DNA of 62,835 bases, filler included, from Rhabdomonas costata (GCA_019059605.1; 44 parts of 44 records of this genome joined end to end with filler, not necessarily neighbours in it); one strand, 5' to 3'; positions 12,326 to 25,037 are shown, numbered from the whole stretch's first letter. Notes: generated by a model from the letters alone, not told the origin. A program made the numbers and translations.

Positions 12326-13187
12326 ATCGCTGTTGAATTTCAGCCGGCTCTCCCCGGTAAAAGTAAAACCATTGTCGGACTTGGGATGCACAGACAAAGC
12401 GAACCCACCGGCAAGCCCTGAGACAAAATGAAGCGAGCGGATTGCCAAATGCTTGCCAACAGTTCATCCCTTTTAACACGTATCGTGTCTTCTTTCTTGC
12501 TCATCATATGAACATTGCTTCCTACTACATTTTCTTCCAGCGAAACTGGTATCATTGATGTGTATCAATACCTCCAAAGCGGCATATTTCGGCACCTGAG
12601 GAGCAACAGAAAACAGCACCAGAATATTCTCATCTCACTGAAACTGAAGATAATAAACCGGAAACTGGCAGAACGGCGGCCATGGAAACTTCTCGGAAAC
12701 CCTTTCCGCAAAGACTCTCTCCAATCGCCAGCGATGAAAAAACCCCAGGTCCACCCACCGAGTGGACAACACAACNNNNNNNNNNNNNNNNNNNNNNNNN
12801 NNNNNNNNNNNNNNNNNNNTTAATTAATTAANNNNNNNNNNNNNNNNNNNNNNNNNNNNNNNNNNNNNNNNNNNNTGTGTGTGTTCGCGCAAAGGTTTCT
12901 GTACAAATGCCTTTGCAGCGAGCCCGGTAGAAGGGCGGGTGCCATTCTGCGTGGCGGAAAATCTGAGTGGCATTCCATCTTCGGAACCGTTTGGCCCCAA
13001 GCAACAATTTCCCTTCATCAACGGGCAAGCTGCAATAAAGAAGCCTGCAAGGCAAAAGTACAGTTTCCACTAAGAAAAGCAGCACGCAACTTCTCAAGAG
13101 GACATTCTATCATACATGGACACTGGAAGAGAGGGCTCCACATCAATTCCTGTCGGTGGGAGTGGTTTGTGCCCTCTTCCGCCTCAG

Positions 13188-13973
13188 GTCCTGGCCAGGT
13201 GTGTGCAGCGGCTGGTCCAGGGCCCCTCGGTGGGCTCCCTGTGGTCGCTGATGGGCTCCACCCTGACGACATTCCAGAGCCTGGCCCTGCTGGAGGGCGT
13301 GCACTCCGCTCTGGGCATGGTCTCCTCTCCGCTGATGACTACCGGTGTGCCATCCTCCCCCCGCTCATCTCGCCCGTCCTCTGCCCTTTTGCCCTCCACA
13401 TTATAGACAACCACAACCACACTCACACTCAGAATCACACCTCTCTTGGCCCTCTTTGCGTGTGCGCATGCGTTAAGTGGTGCGAAGGTGTGGTTTTCTC
13501 ACTGACCCACGGGGGATCGGTATTGGAACAGCTAAGGTGAAGGTCGGCGGTGACTTCAACCAGAACTCCCGCCGCTGATGATCGGTAGCTGGGAATTTCT
13601 GGAACTGAGGAATGGAGGGGAGAGCAGGTATGATGTTAAGTCCTTACACTCATTACAAGGGACAAGGGTGGGCGGAGATTCAGGTCTCACCTGAGGAAAT
13701 GAAATCACCCAAAGTGAAGAGACACGAGGCTGCTTGACAATATATTGCATCGCCTACGGGCGGAGGTATGGTTCGGTATTGCTGTGAGTCCCGGTGGGTG
13801 CCATCCACGGCATGCATATGCACTCGCACACTTTCTCTCGCGTGTGCGCACCTTCAGCGATCCAGCTGTTCTCGCGGCTGCTTCTGGTGCAGGCCATCGC
13901 CTACGCCCCAGAAGTGCAGCCCGACTCCAACACGTTCCTGTGGTGCTTGAGCCTGGCCTGGTCCATCACCGAG
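13188..13973 (+). CDS. PHS1: Very-long-chain 3-hydroxyacyl-CoA dehydratase (PTPLA/HACD/PHS1), two exons
   Basis: Exons 13188-13344 and 13858-13973 join in phase 1: FQSLALLEGVHSALGMVSSPLMTTAIQLFSRLLLV...LAWSITE, matching the HACD motifs Q..A.LE..H...G.V.S, Q..SR and AWS.TE. The second exon ends at a GC donor. Confidence 0.9.
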
Positions 13974-16512
13974 GCACGCTCCCCCGCATCCCCCCTTCCC
14001 GTCGTTGTCTCAATTCTCTCCTTCTGGACCCCTGATCCTAGCCACTGGTCTCTCATTCTCCCAATCATTGTTTTTATTCGGAAATACATGTGGCTTCTGC
14101 GACGTCGAAGGTTAAAGGTTAAAACCACAGGTGGCAGTATTATAGTATGACAAAACGAACAAACGAAATGACGAACAAAAACCCACTACTTCCATTTCGA
14201 AGGTTTNNNNNNNNNNNNNNNNNNNNNNNNNNNNNNNNNNNNNNNNNNNNTTAATTAATTAANNNNNNNNNNNNNNNNNNNNNNNNNNNNNNNNNNNNNN
14301 NNNNNNGGGGGGTTGGTAGCATTGTGCCATCAAAGTCCGGATACAGTCCGAAGCAAGAAGGATCCAGAGGCATAACCACCTCCAGAGATAGTAGCCACGT
14401 AAGTGTTCCAGTTGGAGTGTGACAAAATGTGTGGCTCAAGATAGGAAATGGCAACACTCGAGCTCAAGTCGACTAACTCATGAACTAAATGATAGAGCAC
14501 GACTACGTCAACGTCGGCGGTCTGGTTCTGCGACAAATGAAGGGGATGCCAAGGGTAATGCCCGCTGCAACGCAGATTGCCAAACTGGAATGCTACACTG
14601 TACATTTTCCGTGTGTGCGCGTGAGCATGTGTGTGCCAAAAACAGCTGTGCAGAACAAGCAGCACAATGACACTTCAGAGCACACAGCGCCAATGCGACA
14701 TGTGTGACGGCGGCCACTGTCTGTAGCCTCCACGTGCAAACTCACCAAACTATGTCCGCTGGGGTCGTTCTCACCCAGGGCCGGCGTTTACACACCCAGA
14801 AAGAATACTGGGACACAATGTTTCAGCGGGATTACGAGGCCTTCATGGAAGCTTGTGGTAACCTCCGGTACGAGATCTGGTCGGGCTGGTTCAATAAGGA
14901 GCGCCGCTTGGTCTGCCTTTCCAGCGAGCTGCGGTCTCTCTAAATGCAGCTGCGTTGAAATGTGCATAGCAAGCACGAGCCGCGGCGCGCCAGTGAAGCG
15001 GACAGTTATGACGAGGAAGAACAAGAAGACTGGTCCCTCCCCAAGGCCTCATCATCCTCATGGTCAGCAAGGCGGTCAGGCGGGGAATCGAGTAGAACGC
15101 GCAGCTGATGCACGTTCTGGACAGAACCGAGATGCACTGCTATGTGGAGGACAGCAACCTCTGATGTGTACAACAATGGCTACAGCCTAGAGAACGAGAA
15201 CGAGAAGATCTTCTGTGTCGCGGGGAACTCCTCCACTGCGCCGGTCCACGTCCTCACCCGCGAGGAACCAGGCCAAACCACAAGGTTCGACAAGCCGTGG
15301 CACCACGAGCCTTCCCACATCGGTATCAATCCTTCACACCAGCACAACAACCTAGATGCAGGAGTGGCTGCGCGAACTCCTCTCAATGAAGATTCCGCAA
15401 CTTCTTCTGGAACCACCTCACACTACAAGCAAACACCAACGCCTACCGCCACACCCCTGAGATCTGCGGAGGAACAGCTCATGACGGCTCACGCCTGAAT
15501 ACGCTGTTCCCATTCCGTGAGCTCCAGAGGACTCCACATCACGGAAGCGCTGGAACCAACCCACGTACACACTCAGCTAGACACCCTCCACGCAGCTACG
15601 CCGACTCCGTGCGCCGTCTCCCATCCCCCCCCCACACNNNNNNNNNNNNNNNNNNNNNNNNNNNNNNNNNNNNNNNNNNNNTTAATTAATTAANNNNNNN
15701 NNNNNNNNNNNNNNNNNNNNNNNNNNNNNNNNNNNNNGGGGGTGGGGGGATAGGCGAAATGCCTCGCAGGCGACTGGCTGGGAAGGTCGTGTTCGGGTGG
15801 GCACTGATTTCACCGGCCTTTCGTCGCTGGCACTCAAATCTCATAGAAGACCGTGCGTCAGCCTTAATTGTCTGGGGCTCCGGCTATCGGTGTTTTACGC
15901 TAAACAAAGGGGCTTTGAGGTTAATCCTCCAAGACAGAAACTGCCTTGCAGAATTGAAATGCACACACTTGCGAGAGCTGTTGTGTCTTTTGGCATCCAT
16001 GAGTGGCGACTCGTTCGCACAGACACAACAGCTTCCAAAAAGGAACAGAAAGGCCCAACAGCAGTTTGAGTACAGGGCGGAAAACCAAGGTAAAGTAGTC
16101 GTCTGCCTCATATGAACGCCGTTGTGAGCACATGGCTCGCGCGGTATGGGTCACTGAGATCTTCTCACCAAACAAGGAAAATCCCCGAAACAAGAAATCA
16201 GGGCAAACAAGAAATTCTGCCACGACAGAAATGACAAGCAGGCCGCTTCAAAAGACAATCATGACCACACAGAGTTCATTACCTAAGTCCAAAGTACGCT
16301 TGTGCGCACTGAGAAAAGCTCCCTCCCTCAATTGCTATTCTCACACACGTGAGCACGAACACACACACTCTGGTGGATTTAGGAAAGGAGAAAATAGAGT
16401 GATAAACAAAAACAGCGAATAAAAAACGGATAAATAACCTCTGAATAACTCAACCTGGAGCTAAAGCGTGCACCATGTGGAGCATGAACCGTCGGCTTAT
16501 CCCCTCCACCCC

Positions 16513-16695
16513 TCAATGGACGCCACATGTCACGAAGGCCTTCTGCAGCGCGAACATGGCGATAAAGCCCACTCCCGTGCACAGCGCCATTCGGCCATGC
16601 CACCACATCTTGGACTTCTCCTTGGCGTTGATGTTCAGGAAGGGCAGCCGGGCGAAGTGGGTCTTGTTCAGCGCTGCACGCGTGACCCGGAACAT
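16513..16695 (-). CDS. Complete intronless 60-aa single-TM mitochondrial protein, cytochrome c oxidase subunit VIIc-like
   Basis: MFRVTRAAL presequence-like start. LPF...KMWWHGRMALCTGVGFIAMF aligns with COX7c LPF...KWRLLAMMTLFFGSGFAAPF. Upstream pyrimidine tract + AG at 16732-16731. Confidence 0.6.
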   Translation of the reverse strand: MFRVTRAALNKTHFARLPFLNINAKEKSKMWWHGRMALCTGVGFIAMFALQKAFVTCGVH

Positions 16696-17211
16696 GGTTG
16701 GTTGGAGGAAGTGGGAGACAGAAAGCTTTGCTAGGAAAGGGTGAAGCCGCGAAATATTGTGAAGCGCAGAGCAAGCTGTGCGAGAAGGTACGGATTGGAG
16801 CACCATGCATTGCTTTGTGAAATTCTGACCCTTCACAAGAAGTCACTGGGGCTCACGCACAGGAAACGGATGTGTGCTGGTTCTTGCACCCCAGGGCGGC
16901 TCATTTATATTGTATAGTCTTGTGCCGCTTCTTGCCCGCATCAGCCGGAGGATTTGCTTTCTGTATAGCATCACGCGAGTTTGGGGCGGTGCTCGGAAGA
17001 ACAACCACACACACACACACACAGAACACTAGGAATAAGAAAACCCGCATTTTATGACCCCCCAACACNNNNNNNNNNNNNNNNNNNNNNNNNNNNNNNN
17101 NNNNNNNNNNNNTTAATTAATTAANNNNNNNNNNNNNNNNNNNNNNNNNNNNNNNNNNNNNNNNNNNNGGTGTGGTGGGTCTTCATGTCTCTCCCATTTA
17201 ATTTTGGCAAG

Positions 17212-17855
17212 GCCTGTACTACGGCGCTGATGCTTCGCGACACGGTAGCGCAGAACGCGCAGGCTCTGCGGTCGTGGCGAGTAAGGATGGCGGTGGCCAG
17301 TGGGCCTGCCCATGTGGGTGAGTGCATTCCGTTGCTTATTTTTGTCCCTGTCCCTCTTTCACATCTCTTTTCATTTTCCATTTGCTTCCCCGAAGTGCCG
17401 AAGCTGTCCCCTCACCCACCCACCCACCGCACTCTTGGATTGCGAACCACTTTGTTCTGCATGGACTCCGTTGTCTAATTTCTTGCTGTCCTTTCCATTG
17501 AGTTATTATCTTTGGTCTCGCCTTCAAATGCTTCTGCTTATCTTCTGCCGATTCATTGGGTTCGAAAAGGGAGAGTTCTGGTGTTGCTGACCTCTCTTGT
17601 CAACTCCTGTTCTTGTTTCCGTTTGAATTGTGGGTTGGGAACGTCTCGCGGTGATTGTTTGTGTTAGAAACAAAGGATATGCGTCGGTTTTTGCCAGGGA
17701 ACATGGGCTCCCAGGCCAAGCTCAGCTTTGCTGTGCTAGGGGAAGTCCCGACGAGAGCTGAGGCGCTGTGCGACCTCTGCCGTCACCTCACAGTAGACAT
17801 ACTGGCCTGCGGGAATGCCTGGAGGGAGGTCCAGGGCATGTTTGTCGGCCAGCTG
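17212..17855 (+). CDS. Class III cyclase-homology domain, C-terminal half, divergent (two exons)
   Basis: Exons 17212-17317 (donor gtgagt) and 17698-~17855 join G|GG: ACTTALML...RVRMAVASGPAHVGNMGSQAKLSFAVLGEVPTRAEALCDLCRHLTVDILAC. Confidence 0.8.
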
Positions 17856-18777
17856 GTCTCCCCATCCCCCGAGTCCTGTGTCGTCGATTCCTTCGAGTTG
17901 CTCAGAAGCCCAGACTCCAACTGTGATGTCTCCCTTGACGCCAAGGTTGGTGCTTTCAGAGCTCGAATGACTTGCGGACCTCATTTTGTATTTTCATTTT
18001 CTTGTCTTCCATTTCAAATGTAAATAATTGAAAATTGCCCCGACAATTTCTCTGCACCTCCCCAACTCCTGGATTCCGACGGGCGCTAAATGGAGTGTTG
18101 CATTCTGGGTCCTCCCAGCGGATTGCAACTGGGACGACTGTTTTTGCTTTAGAGATTCCTGGTTTTTTCGCCGTCTTTTTTGTATGTGTGTTTTTCGCCG
18201 TCTGGACCGAAATTTATATGCCGGGGAAGCCGATTGATGGAAGGTTCTTCAGTGCAGATGTATAGTGCCCTTGTGTACTGAGGAAGAGCTGTTCTAAGAG
18301 CAGACTCCTTCGTTCGAGAGAAATGGGGGCTCGTGCTTGCCCTGCAGCGGCATGGCCAGCTGCCCATGCCTCTACCCCTGCATGTGCCTCTCCGCATAGG
18401 ATCCCCCAGCGCTCATCGCTGAAGTCCACCTCTGGTGGCTCCCCGGTGAAAGGCACTGTATCTTTCCCAGCCCTTTCGTGAAGCCCAGCACCCACCACCN
18501 NNNNNNNNNNNNNNNNNNNNNNNNNNNNNNNNNNNNNNNNNNNTTAATTAATTAANNNNNNNNNNNNNNNNNNNNNNNNNNNNNNNNNNNNNNNNNNNNT
18601 TTGTGTGCCCCTTCTTTCTTTGGGAACATTCCGGTACAAAGTTAGGTGTGTAAGTGCCCAGTGGATGGCGCTGGGATGACACCAGCACACTGAGACTACA
18701 AGGGCTTGACTTACGGGAAGAAAGGCCTCGCAGGCCTCGCAAAGTCCGATTTCTCGCCCAGGGCGGCTGCTCAGGGC

Positions 18778-19523
18778 TCAGTCCTTCACGCTGGCCTCGT
18801 GGTTGGGCTGCACCAGAACGCGGCCGTCGGGGCCCACGACCACCTTCACCACCTCCTCGCGGCGCACGGAGCCGTTGATGATCATCCGGGCCAAGGGGTT
18901 CAGGATGTCCTTCTGGATCAGCCGCCGCAAGGGCCGCGCCCCGTAGACGTGTGAGAAGCCCTCCCGCCCCAGAGTGGCGACAACCTGCCGGTAAACAGCA
19001 GTGGTGGAGCCCATCGCACTTAGCCATTTCAAGAAGGTTCCCTCCTCAGCTGCGCGTCCGTCCTTACCGTGAACAGACCCACAATACTGCTGCCGCCTCA
19101 CGGGCTCGGCAAAATCCGATAGCGATACCTTCACGAATCATTTAGCGCCCACCCACCCCATCTCTCCCAAACTACCATTGCGGTGTGAAGTGGGACCAAA
19201 CCAAAAGTAAATGCACACATGAAGGGCGGGCTTGCCCGTCATCTATTGTGGCAGACAGCTCCGTCATCGCTGAATCACAATACACCATGTGTCAAGATGA
19301 GCATTGGCTTCTCCCTTCCTTCCTCACTTCCATTTACGGGCGAGCTGGGAGTTCATTGGGGGTATAAGAATAGAAGTGGACGGAGCAAAAACGGGACCGT
19401 CAAGAAGGGATGGGGGTGGGTGGTGTCATGACCTCGGGAGCAACTGCCAGAGTGATCTCCTGCTGCTCCAGCATGGTCGAGACTTGCTTCAGGAGAAGGT
19501 CCACCAGGCTCTGGATGTTCTCC
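18778..19523 (-). CDS. clpB: Hsp100/ClpB chaperone C-terminus (D2-small domain), Hsp78-like; last two exons
   Basis: Exons 19523-19433 and 18984-18778 (stop): ...LEQQEITLAVAPE|VVATLGREGFSHVYGARPLRRLIQKDILNPLARMIINGSVRREEVVKVVV...VQPNHE. GARPLRR motif; the terminal PNHE is as in mitochondrial Hsp78. Confidence 0.9.
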
Positions 19524-21950
19524 CTGAATAAGATGCAAGAGAGATTGTGTTCGGTGCTTAACTTGCACTCACGCGAAAGAAAGTGCCGGGGAAACAAGAG
19601 AGGACATAAAACATAGTTATACACTGCCGCGTCTTTTTTGATCCTCGAATTTATCAACACACACGGCAAATGCCCATTTCACATTGGGGGGGGGGAGGAA
19701 GATAACCAGTGCCGACAGAAAACATATCCAAAGATGCTCTGTTTAACTTGCAAAAGGTAAGGTAATTGAAGGAAGTACCTTTGAACTTCATTTTTGGTTT
19801 CAGGGCTTGGTTTGCACGTCTAGTGCGTCTGGGGAATACGGACTACCTCCACTCTTCCTGCACCATGCGGGAAGAGAAAAGCCTATCAAAGGTAAGGCCC
19901 CCCTACACATGAGGTGGCGAAATGCAACANNNNNNNNNNNNNNNNNNNNNNNNNNNNNNNNNNNNNNNNNNNNTTAATTAATTAANNNNNNNNNNNNNNN
20001 NNNNNNNNNNNNNNNNNNNNNNNNNNNNNGCACGTGGACGTGGCCCGCCGGCGCCGGTCGCCGTGAAGTCCCGGTCGAGGCTTGCGGTGGGAAATTTATG
20101 GTTCGGTTTGCGCCCACGGTCTTGTTGATCTGTTTGAGATTAACTGGTCCGCTGATGAAGAATGTGGTGTGGTACATTGGGTGGGCTCTAAAAGGTACCA
20201 CACAATGAAGACACAAATGTCCGAGGGGCTAGACGATAGAAGATGTGCCGCAGCAGCTGCCGGAGGAGGGAACTGGTCCATTAACCCCCCCCCCGCCGAC
20301 TGCTGCACTCTATCAGCTGACGTTTTGATGTTTTGTTTCCGACTCCGATGAGGCATGTTGCCTGCTGTGTTGCCGCTTTTTACGTCGCCCCAGTTTTGGT
20401 GTAGCACTTTGCCGTTGTTGGCGCATTTGGCGCGCGCTCTCCCACGGGAATTGCCGCCGTTCAACATCATTTGCTGGAGTTTTTTCCATTCCATGTGCCC
20501 GGCGTGCGCATGCTCCTTTTTATCGTTGTTTTTGCTGTCGTGAAAGCGTCAGACAGCGTGCCGTTGAATAGGATGAGATTTGTTTGAACAAACAGCAGCT
20601 TTGGCATGACATCCCCGCTTGTCTTGCGCACGCAACTTATTGACTCATCATCTTTTTAACAAGCGACCAGCAATCCACCCACAAGCGTCTCGGAAGGCCC
20701 CACTTCGCCCGCGCAAGTTCGCTTGCCGGAGTTCATAATTCTTCAATGGCTCGATGGTTCTTTCAACGATGATCATGAGCTGAGCTGAGAGGAAACGGTT
20801 TGAAGGGACAACCGCTCAGATACTAACCTGACATTAGGCGAGTCACCTCTACCACAAAGAGAGGCCTTTCCCGTGGGGTCAAAGCTGCTCGAACAGTGCA
20901 AAACCAGCGAACAGCAACACCGACAGCGTTCCATCCAAAAGGGAGGGCAGGACGAGGGGCGACAGGTGCTAGTGCACCCCTCTCTCTGCCGGCGTGATCT
21001 TTCCGGAAGAACTTTCCACAATCAACTCCAAAAGACACACACACACAGACACGAACAGACCTCAACTTTAGAAACGGCCACAAACACACACGTTCACACA
21101 GATACTTTCATAGGCGACCCTGGTACACGCACGCACACACCACCACGAGCAGTGCGCAAGAGAGAGCCTTCTCTTTTTTTCCACGTACATCGCCTGCAGA
21201 CCACAGTCTGGCGGAGGGACCAAAAGACAAAAAACCCGAAGGTGGAAGAGCGGTGGAGATAAGCACAACCAACAACCGGTGGCGGTGCAGCCCGCGCCAC
21301 AACAGCAGAAACCCAAACAGGGAGAGACGCAAACAGAGAGAGGGGCAGTCCCCACAAAAANNNNNNNNNNNNNNNNNNNNNNNNNNNNNNNNNNNNNNNN
21401 NNNNTTAATTAATTAANNNNNNNNNNNNNNNNNNNNNNNNNNNNNNNNNNNNNNNNNNNNACCGTTTAAGGCAAATGGAAAAAGGGAATTAAATGGGTCA
21501 AAATTAGTTTGGTATATATACACTGGTGATCACAGAGGTTTTGTCACAGGTTGTTCGTGTCCGTTCCAACCCCCCCATCATGAGTTTCTCTGCTTGAATG
21601 GTTTCTGCCCTGTGGACTCTGCAGTACGCATTTTCTCACGGAGCTTCTTCGTTTCTGCAGCAAGCACGGAAATCAAGTTGGACCGCTTAGGCATTCGGCC
21701 ATTCTAGGCCATCGCATCGAACCGGAATAACTAGTCCATGAAGCCAGGCTTGGGGCGAACGTATTGGCATTGGTTGTTTTCAACTCATGATATGTCGAAA
21801 CTACCGACTCACAAACATAACATGTAAAGACCACCGCTTCCTCCCTCCCTCCCTTCAAACATAGCATCACAAAAAAAAACGTTCAGTCGTTGCCCGCCAT
21901 TACAGAGGGATGGGCCATCTCATCAGACGCGTGTCAAGTGCATACACAAA

Positions 21951-22476
21951 TCAGTGGACCTCGTCGAAAGACAAAGCCACAAAATCGATGAAAAACAGAA
22001 CGCAGGTCACAGCTGATCCAACACTTGCCGCACACTGCGAAGCACGAGCGCTGTGCCCACTAATGTACCTCTCCATAAATATAGCCGTTTCGAGGGCGCC
22101 CTTCCCCACAACCGTCTCGCCGTCCACTACGATATTAATGATGGCAATCATGCCATCCCGGAACTCCAGCTGCCACTCCGTCTTGTCGCCATGGAGATGT
22201 GGGCTCCCAAAAGTCTCTCTGAGCGCAGAGAAGGTTGCGTGCACGCTTCCCAACCAGCTCTTCCTTCAACCCTTCCTTCCCGTTATAGTTCTGGGTCGCG
22301 ATGGCGCCGTCCGTGGTGAGAGTGCCATCCTCGAACTCCAAAGTCCATCTGGAAAAACTCCAACAAACGCCATCACCACAGGGCAGTGGGTCTCCGAAGG
22401 CCTTCTTCAAATCGGCGAAGGATGCCGCCATGCGTCCCTGAAGGGAAACAAACTCCACAAGGTGAGGTACAGCCAT
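21951..22476 (-). pseudogene. Frameshifted tandem pair of a small domain resembling uncharacterised bacteriophage proteins
   Basis: Copy 1: SLQGRMAASFADLKKAFGDP..GDG...WTLEFEDGT...IATQNYNGKEGL. Copy 2, in another frame: WLGSVHATFSALRETFGSP..GDKTEWQLEFRDGMIAII...YISGHSARA. Frameshift near 22255; no introns evident. Confidence 0.55.
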
Positions 22477-23521
22477 CTTGCACCTCCTGGACGTCTGCCC
22501 GACTCTTCCGTGCCACAGCGGTAAGCCCTGAGAACCTGAAGATATCGTGGATAACGTGAGGCCGCAGAAGGCGCCCGCTCGCTGCAGGGTTCGCCGCACA
22601 AGCCGAGGAGCCCGACGGCTGTGCATTTATCCTTTACCGTTCAGGTTCGAGGGCTGGTACAGTCCCTGGCGCTGTTGCCTTGGCAGCTGTAAATGGAAGC
22701 CAGCGTGCCATCCCCGACGTGCAGCGTCCATTCGGCATCGGCAGAAGAGCCACATTCTTTGCCATAGAGATGGGGCTGCCCAAAAACCAACNNNNNNNNN
22801 NNNNNNNNNNNNNNNNNNNNNNNNNNNNNNNNNNNTTAATTAATTAANNNNNNNNNNNNNNNNNNNNNNNNNNNNNNNNNNNNNNNNNNNNTGTGGGGTG
22901 TGGGCAGGGTGAGGGGGGTCAGTTCTACGTATGTATGTGAGTGTATGTGAGGGGCACCGCGCAAGGTATCGCTTCGTTGATGGTCATGCGTTAGCTCACA
23001 GAATCCCGTGTATTGTGGGTCCCGCGGGATGCTAGTGTGAGTGTGTGCGTGTTTGTTCTGGGCCCTTGGAAGTGCGACACTGCGTCATTTTCTTCCCCTG
23101 TCGCCGTGTCGGACCGCTGAAGAGAGCATCGTCTCTCACAGCGTCTGCGTCCGGATGTGCTCGTGCCGAACCAACGAAAACCCTAACAATGCGAGCACTT
23201 CCTTTTTTGTTCACGCCACAGCCAAAGCCCCCTAAGTATGCGGTTCACCAGCAACCTGCAAAAGAGCAGCGGCGCACCCACAGTTTTGCCAACCTCGGAG
23301 GCATCTCAGGCTGCGCAGTGGGCCGTCGAACACCTGGTTTACAATCCTCCCACTACAACTCCGTAGGTGATGTGGTATGCAATAACGAGGCGGGCTCTGC
23401 GCATTTGAGCAAGGAGCTATTGGGTTGGTTGCCCCGATTTCATCCCACCGTGTGAGTCGCAGGACCGCAGGACGTCAACAACCTTTCCCAGGTGTATGGT
23501 AATTTCAAAGCGGTAGGATAC

Positions 23522-24128
23522 CTTGAGGGTCTCCCGATCGACCTCCACCTTGGCCGTGCCCAGGTGAATGCCGACCCGCACCCGCAGCCCTCGCCACACC
23601 AGCGACCCACTGGGGCCAAACTCCTGCAGGCCGTCCGGCAACTCAAGCAGGCTGAAGACCCCAACCGACCCTCCGGGAAAGGTCAAACCACCACAGGAAG
23701 CCATTGGGACGAAAATGCAAAAATGCATTGCAATGCATTGCAGGTTGCATTCTTCCCCCTTTGCCCCTTTGCCGGGCAGGGCAGCGGATCGAGACCCCAG
23801 CGGATCGAGACAGCAGCTTAATGTGAAAAATGATATCAATGGAATGGAAAAAACTCTGACACTCGCGCACACTTTAGGATGAAGAAAAAGCACCTTTCTT
23901 GGTCAGCCATGACCGAGGCCGGGAGCTTCACAAGTTTGACCAGCGCCATTGATTTTTTAAAGTCATTCTCAAGTTATATTCTTCACGCACATGAAATCAC
24001 TGCGCACCTGGGGGGCCAAGCGGCGCCCATCAGCTCCACCTGCAGCTGAAGGGCAAACCGCACCGCATTAGCAGGATGCGGGAAGGCCACGAAGAAGCTG
24101 TCCCCGATCGTTTTCACCTCGTACCCCT
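23522..24128 (-). CDS. Adenylate cyclase catalytic domain, trypanosomatid/fungal receptor-AC type (two exons)
   Basis: Exons 24128-24008 and 23651-23522 in phase: GYEVKTIGDSFFVAFPHPANAVRFALQLQVELMGAAWPPSLL...VWRGLRVRVGIHLG. YEVKTIGDSF and WxGLRVRVGIH are diagnostic. Confidence 0.93.
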
Positions 24129-24322
24129 CTACAAAAAACAGCAAAATGGGCATAACAGGGGAACCTGCAGGACAGCACATGGCACAGTCGGACCTGTAAA
24201 TGAATATACGACAACCCCCCCCNNNNNNNNNNNNNNNNNNNNNNNNNNNNNNNNNNNNNNNNNNNNTTAATTAATTAANNNNNNNNNNNNNNNNNNNNNN
24301 NNNNNNNNNNNNNNNNNNNNNN

Positions 24323-25037
24323 GTGGTGTTTTTAGAGAACCTATTACTGACAATGAGTCACAGGTTGGGTCACCTTGCCGCAAGGAAACTGCAGTTCCCT
24401 TGCGGCAAGGTGACCCAACCTGTGACTCATTGTCAGTAATAGGTTCTCTAAAAACATCAGGCAATGGATCTGTCTCTTCAGTCTCGTTGCAAGGCACCGC
24501 AGTGCTGTCTGCACAAGGATGATGTAAAGGACCATCCGCGTCAGCCACAGCAGGAACTTCCCTGTTCTCCGCAGGAAGACCGGGACCACCGAAAGTTGGA
24601 AGAAGGCCTTCTTGGCATTCCCCACTCGCAGAAGTTGCATGGTCAGACGCCGACGAAATGGCGAGCCCAGGTACGCACCTTCGTTCTCGATGCTGTGTTG
24701 CAGCCCATTTGTTAACTTCACTTGACATGGTGCCACGGTCGTTGGTGGAAGGTCGCCGAGCAAGAGCAAAGGACAAAGTTGGTTCAGTATGCCCTTCCTG
24801 TGACAAGGCAGGTTCCTTGACCACAACCTCCATGCTTTGCATCTGAGCATGTCGAGCAACACGCAAGGCTCCGCCCGCAACAGAGACGCAGCCAGGGTCA
24901 GAAGATTGTTCAACAATGGGGCGGGACGGAATGGCGGGGAACGGGGAGGGCTGAAGTCGGGTGGAGCGCGCTCGAAAACCGAGCTTCGTTTTCGCATCCT
25001 GCGAAGGGCAATCACCGGACACCCTGAAATAAAACAA
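24323..25037 (-). CDS. Long open frame, low-complexity S/P/E-rich; possible large exon
   Basis: About 238 stop-free codons to the contig edge; no recognisable domain. Confidence 0.3.
24327..24456. repeat. 130-bp near-perfect palindrome with no loop, centred on CTG|CAG (24391/24392)
   Basis: 65-bp arms, one mismatched pair next to the centre. Confidence 0.95.

Noticed and set aside
14704-15498. Chain of short ORFs as a gene or retroelement ORF1
   Set aside because: Interrupted by stops, no motif or splice structure recognised.
23722-23739. Short palindromes and hairpins (AATGCATTGCAATGCATT; also 10756-10796 and 54170-54191)
   Set aside because: Short, single-copy, and not meaningful as bacterial terminators in eukaryotic DNA.
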